Source of the DNA: Gammaproteobacteria bacterium | GTDB lineage: Bacteria; Pseudomonadota; Gammaproteobacteria; Steroidobacterales; UBA11654 | Direction: 5' to 3' | Length of the DNA stretch: 64,000 nucleotides | Assembly: GCA_029242945.1 (NCBI GenBank) | Contig: JAQWSZ010000012.1 | Coordinates: 943-64,942 of the forward strand | Shown: piece by piece, positions 28,766-37,606 of the stretch | How the letters are laid out: each line of letters starts with the position of its first letter | Position numbering within the stretch: the stretch's first letter is position 1 | The notes under the pieces: generated by a model | The model's input: the letters and a program-made list of their open reading frames with translations, nothing else | Told to the model about the DNA's origin: nothing | The model's database searches: none | Translations under genes and position numbers: made by a program

Positions 28766-29440
28766 ATGAAATCTGAGAAAAATATCGTTGACTCAGTTAA
28801 TAAAGCACTGCGTTCTGATCATAACGCTACTTTCATGCAAATGGGTTATCAAGGAATCTTATATAAAGTCAATATTGATGGGCTCAACTTAATTGTCAAA
28901 AAGGCAAATAAGTCATCATTTTTTACAGGCCGCCTTAACCAAAATAGTCTACATCATGAATACAAAATATATAAACAATTAAGAGGTTTGAAAGGTATAC
29001 CAAAATGCTATGGATTGACTGAGAAGGGGGACCTGATCTTAGAACTCATCAATGGGCAGACTTATCGTGAATCTCAATATGAACTAGAAGGCAATGATGA
29101 ATTTTTTAATCAACTATTGGCTTTAATTCAAGCCATGCATAGCTTAGGGGTGAGTCATGGTGATTTGAAAAGAAAAGATAATATTTTTGTTGATGAAGAT
29201 AAAAGGCCTTACCTTATAGATTTTGGAACAGCTATCTCCAATAAAAATATCAGTTGGGGAAATAAAATACTCTTCGCATTTATAAAAAAAACAGACTTAA
29301 ATGCATGGATAAAACATAAATACCGAAGAGACTATCAAAGCATTAATAGTAAAGACCTGAAATATTATTCACCCACTGTAGTTGAAGATATTTATAGATC
29401 TGCGAGAATACTTTGGTATAAAATTTTTAGAAATAATTAA
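28766..29440 (+). CDS. minimal protein-kinase-fold protein (RIO / Kdo-WaaP lipopolysaccharide-kinase-like)
   Basis: Catalytic loop VSHGDLKRKDNIFV and metal-binding LIDFGTA. VAIK-like LIVKKA lysine. Only 224 aa. Confidence 0.65.
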   Translation: MKSEKNIVDSVNKALRSDHNATFMQMGYQGILYKVNIDGLNLIVKKANKSSFFTGRLNQNSLHHEYKIYKQLRGLKGIPKCYGLTEKGDLILELINGQTYRESQYELEGNDEFFNQLLALIQAMHSLGVSHGDLKRKDNIFVDEDKRPYLIDFGTAISNKNISWGNKILFAFIKKTDLNAWIKHKYRRDYQSINSKDLKYYSPTVVEDIYRSARILWYKIFRNN

Positions 29441-29452
29441 TTAAAAAGAGAA

Positions 29453-29650
29453 ATGTTTGAAACACCTTTAATTTATTACTGGATCATCCCACTGATTACT
29501 TGGTCTGCTTTATGGAAAATAGCGGCTTTATGGAAAGCTGCTAGAAATAGACAATTAGCCTGGTTTATTGCTCTAGCTATCATCAATAGTGCAGGTATGC
29601 TTCCTATCTTATATATTTATTTTTATCAAAAAAATCAAAATCAAAAATAA
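29453..29650 (+). CDS. small two-helix membrane protein (DUF5652-like)
   Basis: Length 65 aa. The WSALWKIAALWKAARNRQLAWFIALAIINSAGMLPILYIYF pattern recalls DUF5652 proteins. Confidence 0.45.
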   Translation: MFETPLIYYWIIPLITWSALWKIAALWKAARNRQLAWFIALAIINSAGMLPILYIYFYQKNQNQK

Positions 29651-29657
29651 AAAACTC

Positions 29658-29685
29658 TTGACTTAATACTCAATTGATTCAATAT
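29658..29685 (+). promoter_or_regulatory. candidate promoter of the metY leader
   Basis: TTGACT (29658-29663), a 16-nt spacer, then CAATAT (29680-29685). The predicted start falls just before the structured leader. Confidence 0.3.
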
Positions 29686-29687
29686 AC

Positions 29688-29745
29688 GCACTGCACCGAT
29701 TTATTCCAACTTGCAGGTGCTTTATAAATACTGCTAAAGAGGATT
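29688..29745 (+). promoter_or_regulatory. structured 5' leader of metY; candidate SAM-II/SAM-V-like pseudoknot riboswitch (unverified)
   Basis: Hairpin GCACC (29693-29697) / GGUGC (29716-29720) with loop GAUUUAUUCCAACUUGCA. The loop segment AUUUAU (29699-29704) is complementary to the 3' tail AUAAAU (29724-29729), giving an H-type pseudoknot topology. The tail ends in GCUAAAGAGGA. The location upstream of metY is typical for SAM-II/V elements in marine bacteria. Confidence 0.33.
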
Positions 29746-29817
29746 ATGGTCTTAGATCTAAACCTGTTTAGTAATTTACTAACAGGTTTTTTTTATGATA
29801 GAGGACTTAAAAAATGA
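29746..29817 (+). CDS. possible 23-codon leader ORF overlapping the terminator hairpin and coupled (ATGA) to metY
   Basis: ATG at 29746 to TGA at 29815-29817 translates to MVLDLNLFSNLLTGFFYDRGLKK. The stop overlaps the metY ATG (29814). AAGAGGA lies only 2 nt upstream, which is suboptimal spacing, so the call is weak. Confidence 0.2.
   Translation: MVLDLNLFSNLLTGFFYDRGLKK
29761..29794 (+). terminator. intrinsic-terminator-like hairpin plus U-tract in the metY leader
   Basis: AACCTGTTTAGTAA / TTACTAACAGGTT form about 11 bp with one bulged T. This is followed by a T run (29889 not included; T at 29787-29794 partly in the stem). It sits 20 nt upstream of the metY ATG, consistent with an expression platform. 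Confidence 0.5.
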
Positions 29818-31088
29818 AAATTGAAACAAAAGCCATTCATTCCGGCTATACACCGGATCCAACAACCAAATCGGTAGCAACACCAATTTACCAAACCACG
29901 TCTTATGCCTTTGATAGTGCTCAACATGGAGCTGATTTATTCTCCTTAGCTGAGGAAGGCAATATTTATAGCAGAATTATGAACCCAACTAATGCTGTTC
30001 TTGAAGAAAGATTAGCTCAAATGGAAGGAGGAATTGCTTCGTTAGCAGTTTCTTCTGGAATGTCTGCCATAACTTATGCCGTTCAATGTTTAACTTCGAC
30101 AGGCCAAAACATAGTATCTGTCAGTGAATTATATGGTGGAACAAGTGATTACTTCTCAAATACGCTAAAAAATCAAGGTATAGAGGTTCGGTATGCCAAT
30201 CATGATGATATCGACGGCTTATCTAATTTGGTTGATGAAAATACTACATTAATATTTTGTGAATCAATTGGAAACCCTTTAGGTAATATTTGTGACATTG
30301 AGTCATTAGCAAAAGCAGCTCACTCCAAAGGTGTGCCCTTGGTAGTGGATAACACTGTCGCTACGCCATATCTTTTAAGGCCTATTGATTATGGAGCTGA
30401 TATTGTTGTCCATTCACTAACAAAATACATTAGTGGACATGGAACTACGATTGGCGGTGCCATAATTGACGGGGGTAATTTTGATTGGTCTAAAGAGCCA
30501 AAACGTTTTCCAACCTTAAATGAACCAGATAATTCATACCATGGACTAATTTATTCAGAAGCACTAGGTGCTGCAGCATTTATAGGAAGATGCAGAGTTG
30601 GTCCTTTGAGAAATACAGGAGCAGCATTATCACCCTTTAATGCATTCTTGATTCTACAGGGGATTCAGTCATTGCACGTTAGAATGGACAGGCATTGTGA
30701 AAACACAATCAATGTTGCTAACTATTTATCAACACATAGCCAAGTCAAATGGGTCAATTACGCTGGACTGGAAAATAGTCCTTACTTTGATTTAGCAAAA
30801 AAATATACTGATGGCTCACCTTCTGGTATTTTAACTTTTGGTATTGAGGGTGGAAAAGAAGCAGGCATTAAGTTTATTGATTCTCTTGAGCTAATTGTTC
30901 GCTTGGTCAATATTGGTGATACTAAATCACTAGCCACACACCCAGCTTCGACCACACACAGTCAATTAGAACCTGAGGAATATGAAGCCGCTGGTATTTC
31001 AGATGACATGATAAGAATATCCATTGGAATCGAAAATGTGGATGATATTATTGGTGACATTGAGCAAGCATTAAGTAAATCAGTATAG
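29814..31088 (+). CDS. metY: O-acetylhomoserine aminocarboxypropyltransferase / sulfhydrylase
   Basis: Cys/Met-metabolism PLP enzyme with the PLP-lysine motif HSLTKYISGHGTTIGG. The 424-aa MetY-type N-terminus is MKIETKAIHSGYTPDPTTKSVATPIYQTTSY. Confidence 0.92.
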   Translation: MKIETKAIHSGYTPDPTTKSVATPIYQTTSYAFDSAQHGADLFSLAEEGNIYSRIMNPTNAVLEERLAQMEGGIASLAVSSGMSAITYAVQCLTSTGQNIVSVSELYGGTSDYFSNTLKNQGIEVRYANHDDIDGLSNLVDENTTLIFCESIGNPLGNICDIESLAKAAHSKGVPLVVDNTVATPYLLRPIDYGADIVVHSLTKYISGHGTTIGGAIIDGGNFDWSKEPKRFPTLNEPDNSYHGLIYSEALGAAAFIGRCRVGPLRNTGAALSPFNAFLILQGIQSLHVRMDRHCENTINVANYLSTHSQVKWVNYAGLENSPYFDLAKKYTDGSPSGILTFGIEGGKEAGIKFIDSLELIVRLVNIGDTKSLATHPASTTHSQLEPEEYEAAGISDDMIRISIGIENVDDIIGDIEQALSKSV

Positions 31089-31096
31089 GAAAAAAA

Positions 31097-31342
31097 ATGG
31101 ATGTTGCAGATCTTCTTGTGTCCTTAAAGTCAGGAATTGTAAAAGTAGAATTTAAAAGCTTAAATTCAGGAAAGACAAAACAAGTGATCTGCACTCTTCA
31201 TGAGTCATACCTTGAAAATCATACAACAATGAATCAAGACACTTTAAATGAATCTATTTTGGTCTATAAAATAGATTCCAATGAGTGGGAAGATATTCGT
31301 GTTGATTCTATAGTTAAGTGGGATCTTACCAAAGGAAGATAA
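31097..31342 (+). CDS. small hypothetical protein (SH3-like beta-barrel pattern common in marine phage and bacterial genomes)
   Basis: Length 81 aa. The VKVEFKSLNSGKTKQVICTLHES...ILVYKIDSNEWEDIRVDSIVKW pattern matches the V-x-F-x-K-x-x-G-x-x-R/K-x-x-x-C-T-L ... W-R/E-x-x-R-x-D-S-I family recalled from phage genomes. The family name is not certain. Confidence 0.45.
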   Translation: MDVADLLVSLKSGIVKVEFKSLNSGKTKQVICTLHESYLENHTTMNQDTLNESILVYKIDSNEWEDIRVDSIVKWDLTKGR

Positions 31343-31428
31343 AAAACAACCTTAATTAGAACTATTGTTTTGATAATAAATATGATTTCATGTTTCTTTA
31401 TTTTTATTAATATTATTTATCACTGGTA

Positions 31429-32322
31429 ATGAAATATATTCTTGATTGTGGAATGGGAACAGAACTTTCCTCTAGAGGCTTTAATGTCCCTGATTGGAAA
31501 AAATCAATTTGGTCTGCTCAAGTATTATTAGAACATCCTGATGCCATTATTGAGGTTCATAAAGACAACATAGCTGCAGGTTGTAATATCATTACTACCA
31601 ACAATTACTATGTCACACCAACCATATTAAGCAGAAACGGTATTGAACATAAAACAAACGAACTAACACAATTAAGTATCGATTTAGCTAAGACTGCTAA
31701 AAATGGGAATAAAGATGTATTAATTGCAGGATCTTTCCCACCAATGGAAACTAGTTTTAGACCTGATTTAACACCCTCAAAAACAATAATGGATGACTTT
31801 TACTCCTCTATTGGTTCGATTATGGAAGAGCAAGTGGACATCATCCTTTGTGAATCAATGAGTTCAATAAAAGAAGGAATTACAGCTGCCAGCAATGCTG
31901 TGAATTATTCCGATAGGGTTTGGTTAAGCTGGACAACGAGAAATATCCCTAAAGGCTCCCATTTAGTCTCGGGAGAATCATTTGAAAATGCTATAGAAGC
32001 AGCAAACAAACTTAATATTGAATGCCAATTACTCAATTGCCTAGCTGCAGACTTAGTTACAGAGGAAATAGAAACTCTAAAAAAAGCCGGTACTTTTGGA
32101 ATGTTTCCAAACTCAGCAGTGCTAAAAGATAAAGAACAGATTAAAGATTTTGGTAAAGAAGTAGATGTTGATGTTATTCATCATACTAATACAGTTAAAA
32201 TATCCCCTAAAGAATACGCCATGGAAGCTAGAAAATGGTTAGAACATGGTGCCTATGTAATAGGCGGTTGTTGCAGCACTACTCCTGAACATATTAAAGA
32301 AATATCAAAACTTATCGAGTAA
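31429..32322 (+). CDS. homocysteine S-methyltransferase (Pfam S-methyl_trans type; BHMT/MmuM-like)
   Basis: N-terminal LDCGMGTEL motif. Zinc-ligand cysteines NCLAAD and GGCCSTTPEHIKEI. Confidence 0.85.
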   Translation: MKYILDCGMGTELSSRGFNVPDWKKSIWSAQVLLEHPDAIIEVHKDNIAAGCNIITTNNYYVTPTILSRNGIEHKTNELTQLSIDLAKTAKNGNKDVLIAGSFPPMETSFRPDLTPSKTIMDDFYSSIGSIMEEQVDIILCESMSSIKEGITAASNAVNYSDRVWLSWTTRNIPKGSHLVSGESFENAIEAANKLNIECQLLNCLAADLVTEEIETLKKAGTFGMFPNSAVLKDKEQIKDFGKEVDVDVIHHTNTVKISPKEYAMEARKWLEHGAYVIGGCCSTTPEHIKEISKLIE

Positions 32323-32328
32323 GACTAA

Positions 32329-34941
32329 CTATTTTAAAATCTCTAAAACTTTCTCCATAATAGAATCAGTACTGATACCAAAATAATCTCTCAGTTCTTC
32401 TCTTCCTTCACTTAATCCATAACCGTCTGTGCCTAAAGATGTAAAAGAACCAGGAAAAAGATGTGCCAAGCTATCAGGTAATAAACTAATAAAATCGCTA
32501 ACAGCGATAAAATGTCCTGTTTGATCATTTAAAATGTTTTCTAGATATGATTTTTCTTTGGATTTCTTTGATTCTAAGAAATCCTTGTGTAATAGGTTAT
32601 AGCTTGTCACACTCCAAACATTTACTGGTATCCCTTGTCTCTCTAATTTTTCCTGAGCTTCAAGAACTTGTTGCATTATGCTACCACTGCCCAATAGATG
32701 GATCGGCTCACCTGTGTGTTTTTTCTCTAATTCTGTGGAAGCACTTTTGAATAGATACATACCTTTGAGAATACCCTCATCACAATCATGGGGCATCTTG
32801 GGATGACTATAATTCTCATTATAAACTGTTAAATAATAAAAAATATTTTCTTGTTCCTCATACATTCTTCTTATTCCCTCTCTAACAATCGTTGCCAATT
32901 CATAAGAAAATGCAGGATCGTAAGTCATTAGATTGGGCACCACTGAAGCTAAGACATGAGAATGGCCATCTTGATGTTGGACACCTTCACCATTCAAGGT
33001 TGTCCTACCAGCTGTTCCTCCAATCAAAAAACCTCGAGTTAGAGCATCACCACATGCCCATATCATATCTCCCACTCTCTGGAAACCAAAAATAGAATAA
33101 AAAATATAGAATGGAATCATGGGTAATTCATGATGTGAATATGCTGTTCCAGCGGCCATAAATGATGCCATGGCTCCAGCCTCACATATTCCCTCCTGAA
33201 GAATTTGTCCATCTGTGGCCTCTTTATAAGGAGAGATGGTTCCTGCGTCCACAGGTTGATAGTTTTGACCATCATGTGAATAGATTCCTGCTTGAGAAAA
33301 TAAACCATCCATCCCGAAAGTTCTAGCTTCATCAGGAATAATAGGCACCACATACTTACCAATACTCTTATCTCTGAGTAATTTAGAAATAATCCTTACT
33401 AAGACCATTGTAGTGGAAATCGAACGGTCTATTTCATTGAAAAAATCTTCAAAAAATTCGGGTGTTGGTGCAGTAATTTTTTCACAATCATCAAAACGAA
33501 TCGGTTGATAGCCTCCCAAATCATCTCTTCTTTCTTTAAGGTATATCATTTCTTCTGAAGCAGGATCAGGGATATAGAATTTAGCAGCTTTTCTGTCTTC
33601 ATCTGAAAGAGGAATATTCAATCTCTCTGCGATTTCAATTCTCTCTTCATCACTCATTGTTTTCTTCTGATGAGCAATATTTCTTCCCTCTGATCCCTCG
33701 CCTAAACCATACCCTTTAAGTGTCTTTACTAAAATTACAGTAGGTTTTCCATTTGGCTTTGAAGCTTTATCAAATGCTGCATATAACTTCTTACGATCAA
33801 AACCTCCTCGCTTGATATCTTTGAGCTCTTTATCATTCAACTGAGTCATAATCGATTCTAATTCTGGATTTCCCTCAATCCAATGATTACGCTGATCTTC
33901 GCCTGATGAAACGGAATACATCTGATACTCACCGTCAACCACTTCATCCATTCTTTTTTGCATGACATCATTGTGATCTATTGAGAATAATGGATCCCAC
34001 TCTGAACCCCATATAACTTTAATCACATTCCATTGAGAACCTCTAAAAATAGCCTCTAATTCTTGGATAATTTTACCATTCCCTCTCACAGGCCCATCAA
34101 GTCGCTGCAAATTACAATTGACAACAAAAACCAAATTATCTAATTGTTCTCGAGAAGCAATATTAATAGTGCCTAATGTTTCAGGCTCATCCATCTCACC
34201 ATCGCCTAAAAATGCCCATATTTTTCCTATTTTTTTATTGGTTAACCCTCTGTTTTCTAGATATCTTGCAAATCTTGCATAATAGATAGAAGACACGCCA
34301 TTTAAGCCCATTGAAGCGGTTGGGCTTGGCCATAATTCTGGTCTTCTTCTAGGATGAGGATAAGATGGTAAACCACCTTCTGGTTGTAATTCTCTCCTGA
34401 AATTCTTTAATTCTTCTTCTGATAAACGACCCTCTAAAAAAGCTCTTGAATAAATACCAGGAGACGCATGGGCCTGAATATTCATCATATCACCTTGATA
34501 AGCATCCGTTCTTGATTTAATAAAATGATTGAGGGCAACTTCAGTCATTGTGGCAGTTGATGCATAGGTTGCAATATGACCACCTACGCCTTTACCACTA
34601 TCATAGCCTTGCAAAACCATTGCCATCGCATTCCAACGAATAATATTTTCTATTTTTTGCTCAAGCTCAATATTACCTGGATATGCTGGTTGATCAGAGA
34701 CAGGTATGGTATTTCGATAAGGAGTATTGAGTGTTGCACCGCCTAGTGAAACTCCCTGACTAAGAGCATATTGTTGCAATGAAGCTAATAAATCTTTAAC
34801 TTGCCTATTACCATAACTCTCTTTAATTGCTTGGAGAGATTCTGTCCACTCATTTAGTTCGATAGCCCATTCTTTCTCGAATTTTTCATTCTCTAAGGAG
34901 TCTATACCGTCAACTTTAGATGTTTTACTTTCTTTACTCAT
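32329..34941 (-). CDS. aceE: pyruvate dehydrogenase E1 component (homodimeric AceE type)
   Basis: About 870 aa with the AceE-type N-terminus (MSKESKTSKVDGIDSLENEKFEKEWAIELNEW) and the ThDP motif GDGEMDEPE. Start moved from the track start 35016 to the ATG at 34941, because the upstream 25 codons are AT-rich junk translation. Confidence 0.94.
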   Translation of the reverse strand: MSKESKTSKVDGIDSLENEKFEKEWAIELNEWTESLQAIKESYGNRQVKDLLASLQQYALSQGVSLGGATLNTPYRNTIPVSDQPAYPGNIELEQKIENIIRWNAMAMVLQGYDSGKGVGGHIATYASTATMTEVALNHFIKSRTDAYQGDMMNIQAHASPGIYSRAFLEGRLSEEELKNFRRELQPEGGLPSYPHPRRRPELWPSPTASMGLNGVSSIYYARFARYLENRGLTNKKIGKIWAFLGDGEMDEPETLGTINIASREQLDNLVFVVNCNLQRLDGPVRGNGKIIQELEAIFRGSQWNVIKVIWGSEWDPLFSIDHNDVMQKRMDEVVDGEYQMYSVSSGEDQRNHWIEGNPELESIMTQLNDKELKDIKRGGFDRKKLYAAFDKASKPNGKPTVILVKTLKGYGLGEGSEGRNIAHQKKTMSDEERIEIAERLNIPLSDEDRKAAKFYIPDPASEEMIYLKERRDDLGGYQPIRFDDCEKITAPTPEFFEDFFNEIDRSISTTMVLVRIISKLLRDKSIGKYVVPIIPDEARTFGMDGLFSQAGIYSHDGQNYQPVDAGTISPYKEATDGQILQEGICEAGAMASFMAAGTAYSHHELPMIPFYIFYSIFGFQRVGDMIWACGDALTRGFLIGGTAGRTTLNGEGVQHQDGHSHVLASVVPNLMTYDPAFSYELATIVREGIRRMYEEQENIFYYLTVYNENYSHPKMPHDCDEGILKGMYLFKSASTELEKKHTGEPIHLLGSGSIMQQVLEAQEKLERQGIPVNVWSVTSYNLLHKDFLESKKSKEKSYLENILNDQTGHFIAVSDFISLLPDSLAHLFPGSFTSLGTDGYGLSEGREELRDYFGISTDSIMEKVLEILK

Positions 34942-35086
34942 ATATTTATTATCGCTAAAAAATTGAAAACAAGAAGTATAAATCAATAATTTTATGTGAC
35001 TACTGTACCATGACAATTATAATTATTATGAATAAATGAGATAATAAAAGCATTAATATCATGAGCAACATTAATAACTAAAAAAG

Positions 35087-36937
35087 ATGCCTGAATATAG
35101 ATCGAAAACTTCAACACATGGACGTAATATGGCTGGAGCTAGAGCTCTTTGGCGAGCTACTGGTATGAAAGAAAATGATTTTGGTAAACCCATTATTGCT
35201 ATTGCAAATTCATTCACACAATTTGTCCCTGGTCATGTTCATTTAAAAGATCTTGGTCAAATGGTTGCAAAAGAAATTGAAAACAGTGGTGGTGTTGCCA
35301 AAGAATTCAGCACCATAGCTGTTGATGATGGTATTGCTATGGGTCATTCAGGAATGCTCTACAGCCTTCCTTCTAGAGAACTTATTGCTGATGCAGTTGA
35401 ATACATGGTTAATGCCCATTGTGCTGATGCCCTAGTTTGTTTATCGAACTGTGACAAGATTACACCTGGAATGTTGATGGCTACAATGCGATTAAATATT
35501 CCAACTATTTTTGTTTCTGGAGGGCCTATGGAAGCAGGAAAAGGCATAGTAAAAGGTAAAGAAACAAAATTAGATCTCGTAGATGCAATGGTTCTTGCCG
35601 GAGATTCATCTGTCTCAGATGAAGATATTAAAGCAGTGGAACGTTCGGCCTGCCCAACTTGTGGTTCATGCTCAGGAATGTTTACAGCGAATTCCATGAA
35701 TTGTTTAGTAGAAGCTTTAGGGCTTGGCTTGCCTGGTAATGGAAGTGTCCTGGCAACCCATATCGATAGAAAAAATCTTTTTCTAGAAGCAGGAAAACAA
35801 ATTGTAAACATCACTAAAGATTACTATGAAAATGATAATGAAAGAGTTTTACCTCATCAAATTGCAAATAAAAAAGCTTTTGAAAATGCTATGACTCTGG
35901 ATATTGCAATGGGAGGATCGACAAATACTGTATTGCATATATTAGCAGCTGCAAAAGAAGCCAATATTGATTTCACCATTGAGGATATTGATCGCTTATC
36001 AAGAAGAGTGCCTAATTTATGTAAAGTGGCTCCAAGTAGTGATTATCATTTAGAAGACGTACATAGAGCCGGAGGAGTGATGGCTATTCTGGGTGAACTA
36101 GAAAAAGCTAAATTACTCAATATTGATAATAATACAGTTCATAGCGAGAGCATAAAATCAGCTATCGAAACTTGGGATATTAACAGAGCGCCAAGTAATA
36201 AGGTTGTAGAATTTTATTCTGCAGCACCAGGAATGATTCCAACGACACAACCTTTTTCTCAAAATAAACGTTATGAATCATTGGATGTTGATCGTGAAAA
36301 TGGCTGCATAAGAAATCTCGATAATGCCTACAGTCTTGATGGAGGGTTAGCGGTCCTTAAGGGAAATATTGCTAAAGAAGGATGCATTGTAAAAACTGCT
36401 GGAGTCGATGAAAATAACTTAACTTTTAAGGGGCCAGCACATGTCTTTGAAAGCCAAGATGATGCCGTTGATGGAATCATGAATAATGATGTTAAGTCTG
36501 GTGAAGTTGTGGTGATCCGCTATGAAGGGCCAAAGGGAGGACCAGGCATGCAAGAAATGCTCTACCCTACAAGCTATCTAAAAAGCAAAGGCTTGGGTAA
36601 AAAATGTGCATTAATAACAGATGGAAGATTCTCAGGAGGTACATCAGGACTATCAATTGGCCATATCTCGCCTGAAGCAGCATCTCAGGGTGAAATTGGG
36701 TTAATAAGAGATGGAGATATCATTAAAATTGATATACCAAACAGAATAATCGAGTTAGATCTAACTGCTCAAGAGTTAGAAAACAGAAGAATAGCTATGA
36801 ATAATTTAGGAAAAAAAGCATGGAAACCAAGATCTAGAAATAGAATCGTTAGTGACGCATTAAAAGCCTATGCCTTAATGGCATCTTCCGCATCAGATGG
36901 TGCAGTTCGAGTCGTACCAGAAGAAACAAATGAATAA
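35087..36937 (+). CDS. ilvD: dihydroxy-acid dehydratase
   Basis: [27 protein letters not shown]-terminus. Fe-S ligands CDKITPGM and [17 protein letters not shown]. Length 616 aa. Confidence 0.97.
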   Translation: MPEYRSKTSTHGRNMAGARALWRATGMKENDFGKPIIAIANSFTQFVPGHVHLKDLGQMVAKEIENSGGVAKEFSTIAVDDGIAMGHSGMLYSLPSRELIADAVEYMVNAHCADALVCLSNCDKITPGMLMATMRLNIPTIFVSGGPMEAGKGIVKGKETKLDLVDAMVLAGDSSVSDEDIKAVERSACPTCGSCSGMFTANSMNCLVEALGLGLPGNGSVLATHIDRKNLFLEAGKQIVNITKDYYENDNERVLPHQIANKKAFENAMTLDIAMGGSTNTVLHILAAAKEANIDFTIEDIDRLSRRVPNLCKVAPSSDYHLEDVHRAGGVMAILGELEKAKLLNIDNNTVHSESIKSAIETWDINRAPSNKVVEFYSAAPGMIPTTQPFSQNKRYESLDVDRENGCIRNLDNAYSLDGGLAVLKGNIAKEGCIVKTAGVDENNLTFKGPAHVFESQDDAVDGIMNNDVKSGEVVVIRYEGPKGGPGMQEMLYPTSYLKSKGLGKKCALITDGRFSGGTSGLSIGHISPEAASQGEIGLIRDGDIIKIDIPNRIIELDLTAQELENRRIAMNNLGKKAWKPRSRNRIVSDALKAYALMASSASDGAVRVVPEETNE

Positions 36938-37586
36938 TAATAAAAATACTATAGCCATACTCGGTGGAACAGGTGCACTAGGCTCAGCGCTAGCGAAAAA
37001 ATGGGCTCAGAATGGCTATACAGTCATCATAGGTTCAAGAAAAAGAGAAAAAGCTGAAGCAACCGCAATTGAGTTAAATAAAGAGAAAGGATCTGAACTA
37101 ATTATTGGATTAGACTTAATAGAAGCTTCCAAAATTTGCAATTTAGCTGTTTTGGCGGTGCCATACTCCAGTCATCAAAAAACATTAGACGTGGTTAAAA
37201 ATCATTTAATAGGAAAAATCATTATCGATACAACTGTTCCTCTGCAAGGTAATGTCACAAAAGTAACATTACCTAATCAAGGGTCAGCTGCCTTAGAAGC
37301 ACAAATATTCTTAGGTGATGAAGTTAAAGTTGTTTCAGCATTGCAAAACATTGGTTCACATTTGATTGGATCAAATAAAAAAATTGATGCAGAAGTACTA
37401 GTAACAGGCAATGACAGAGAAGCAGTAAAACTAGTGATAGAACTAATCAATGACCTAGGTCTAACCTCTTGGGATGCTGGTTGCATAGAAAACTCAGCAG
37501 CTGCTGAAGCATTGACATCAATCCTAATCTTTATCAATAAAAGACATAAATTAAAATCTTCAGGTATAAAGATTACTTCACACTAA
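36930..37586 (+). CDS. npdG: NADPH-dependent F420 reductase (NpdG/Fno family)
   Basis: Start set at the ATG at 36930 ([43 protein letters not shown]). Rossmann fold and length are typical of NpdG. It overlaps the ilvD stop by 8 nt. Confidence 0.82.
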   Translation: MNNNKNTIAILGGTGALGSALAKKWAQNGYTVIIGSRKREKAEATAIELNKEKGSELIIGLDLIEASKICNLAVLAVPYSSHQKTLDVVKNHLIGKIIIDTTVPLQGNVTKVTLPNQGSAALEAQIFLGDEVKVVSALQNIGSHLIGSNKKIDAEVLVTGNDREAVKLVIELINDLGLTSWDAGCIENSAAAEALTSILIFINKRHKLKSSGIKITSH

Positions 37587-37606
37587 CATTATTCAAACCC
37601 TTACTG

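Noticed and set aside
35359-35814. 151-aa ORF antisense to ilvD
   Set aside because: It lies entirely inside a confidently identified gene on the opposite strand, and its translation is low-complexity (S/P/A-rich) with no motif. This is a typical shadow ORF. The same reasoning applies to 37277..37537, 33117..33362, 32547..32750 and 32892..33095.
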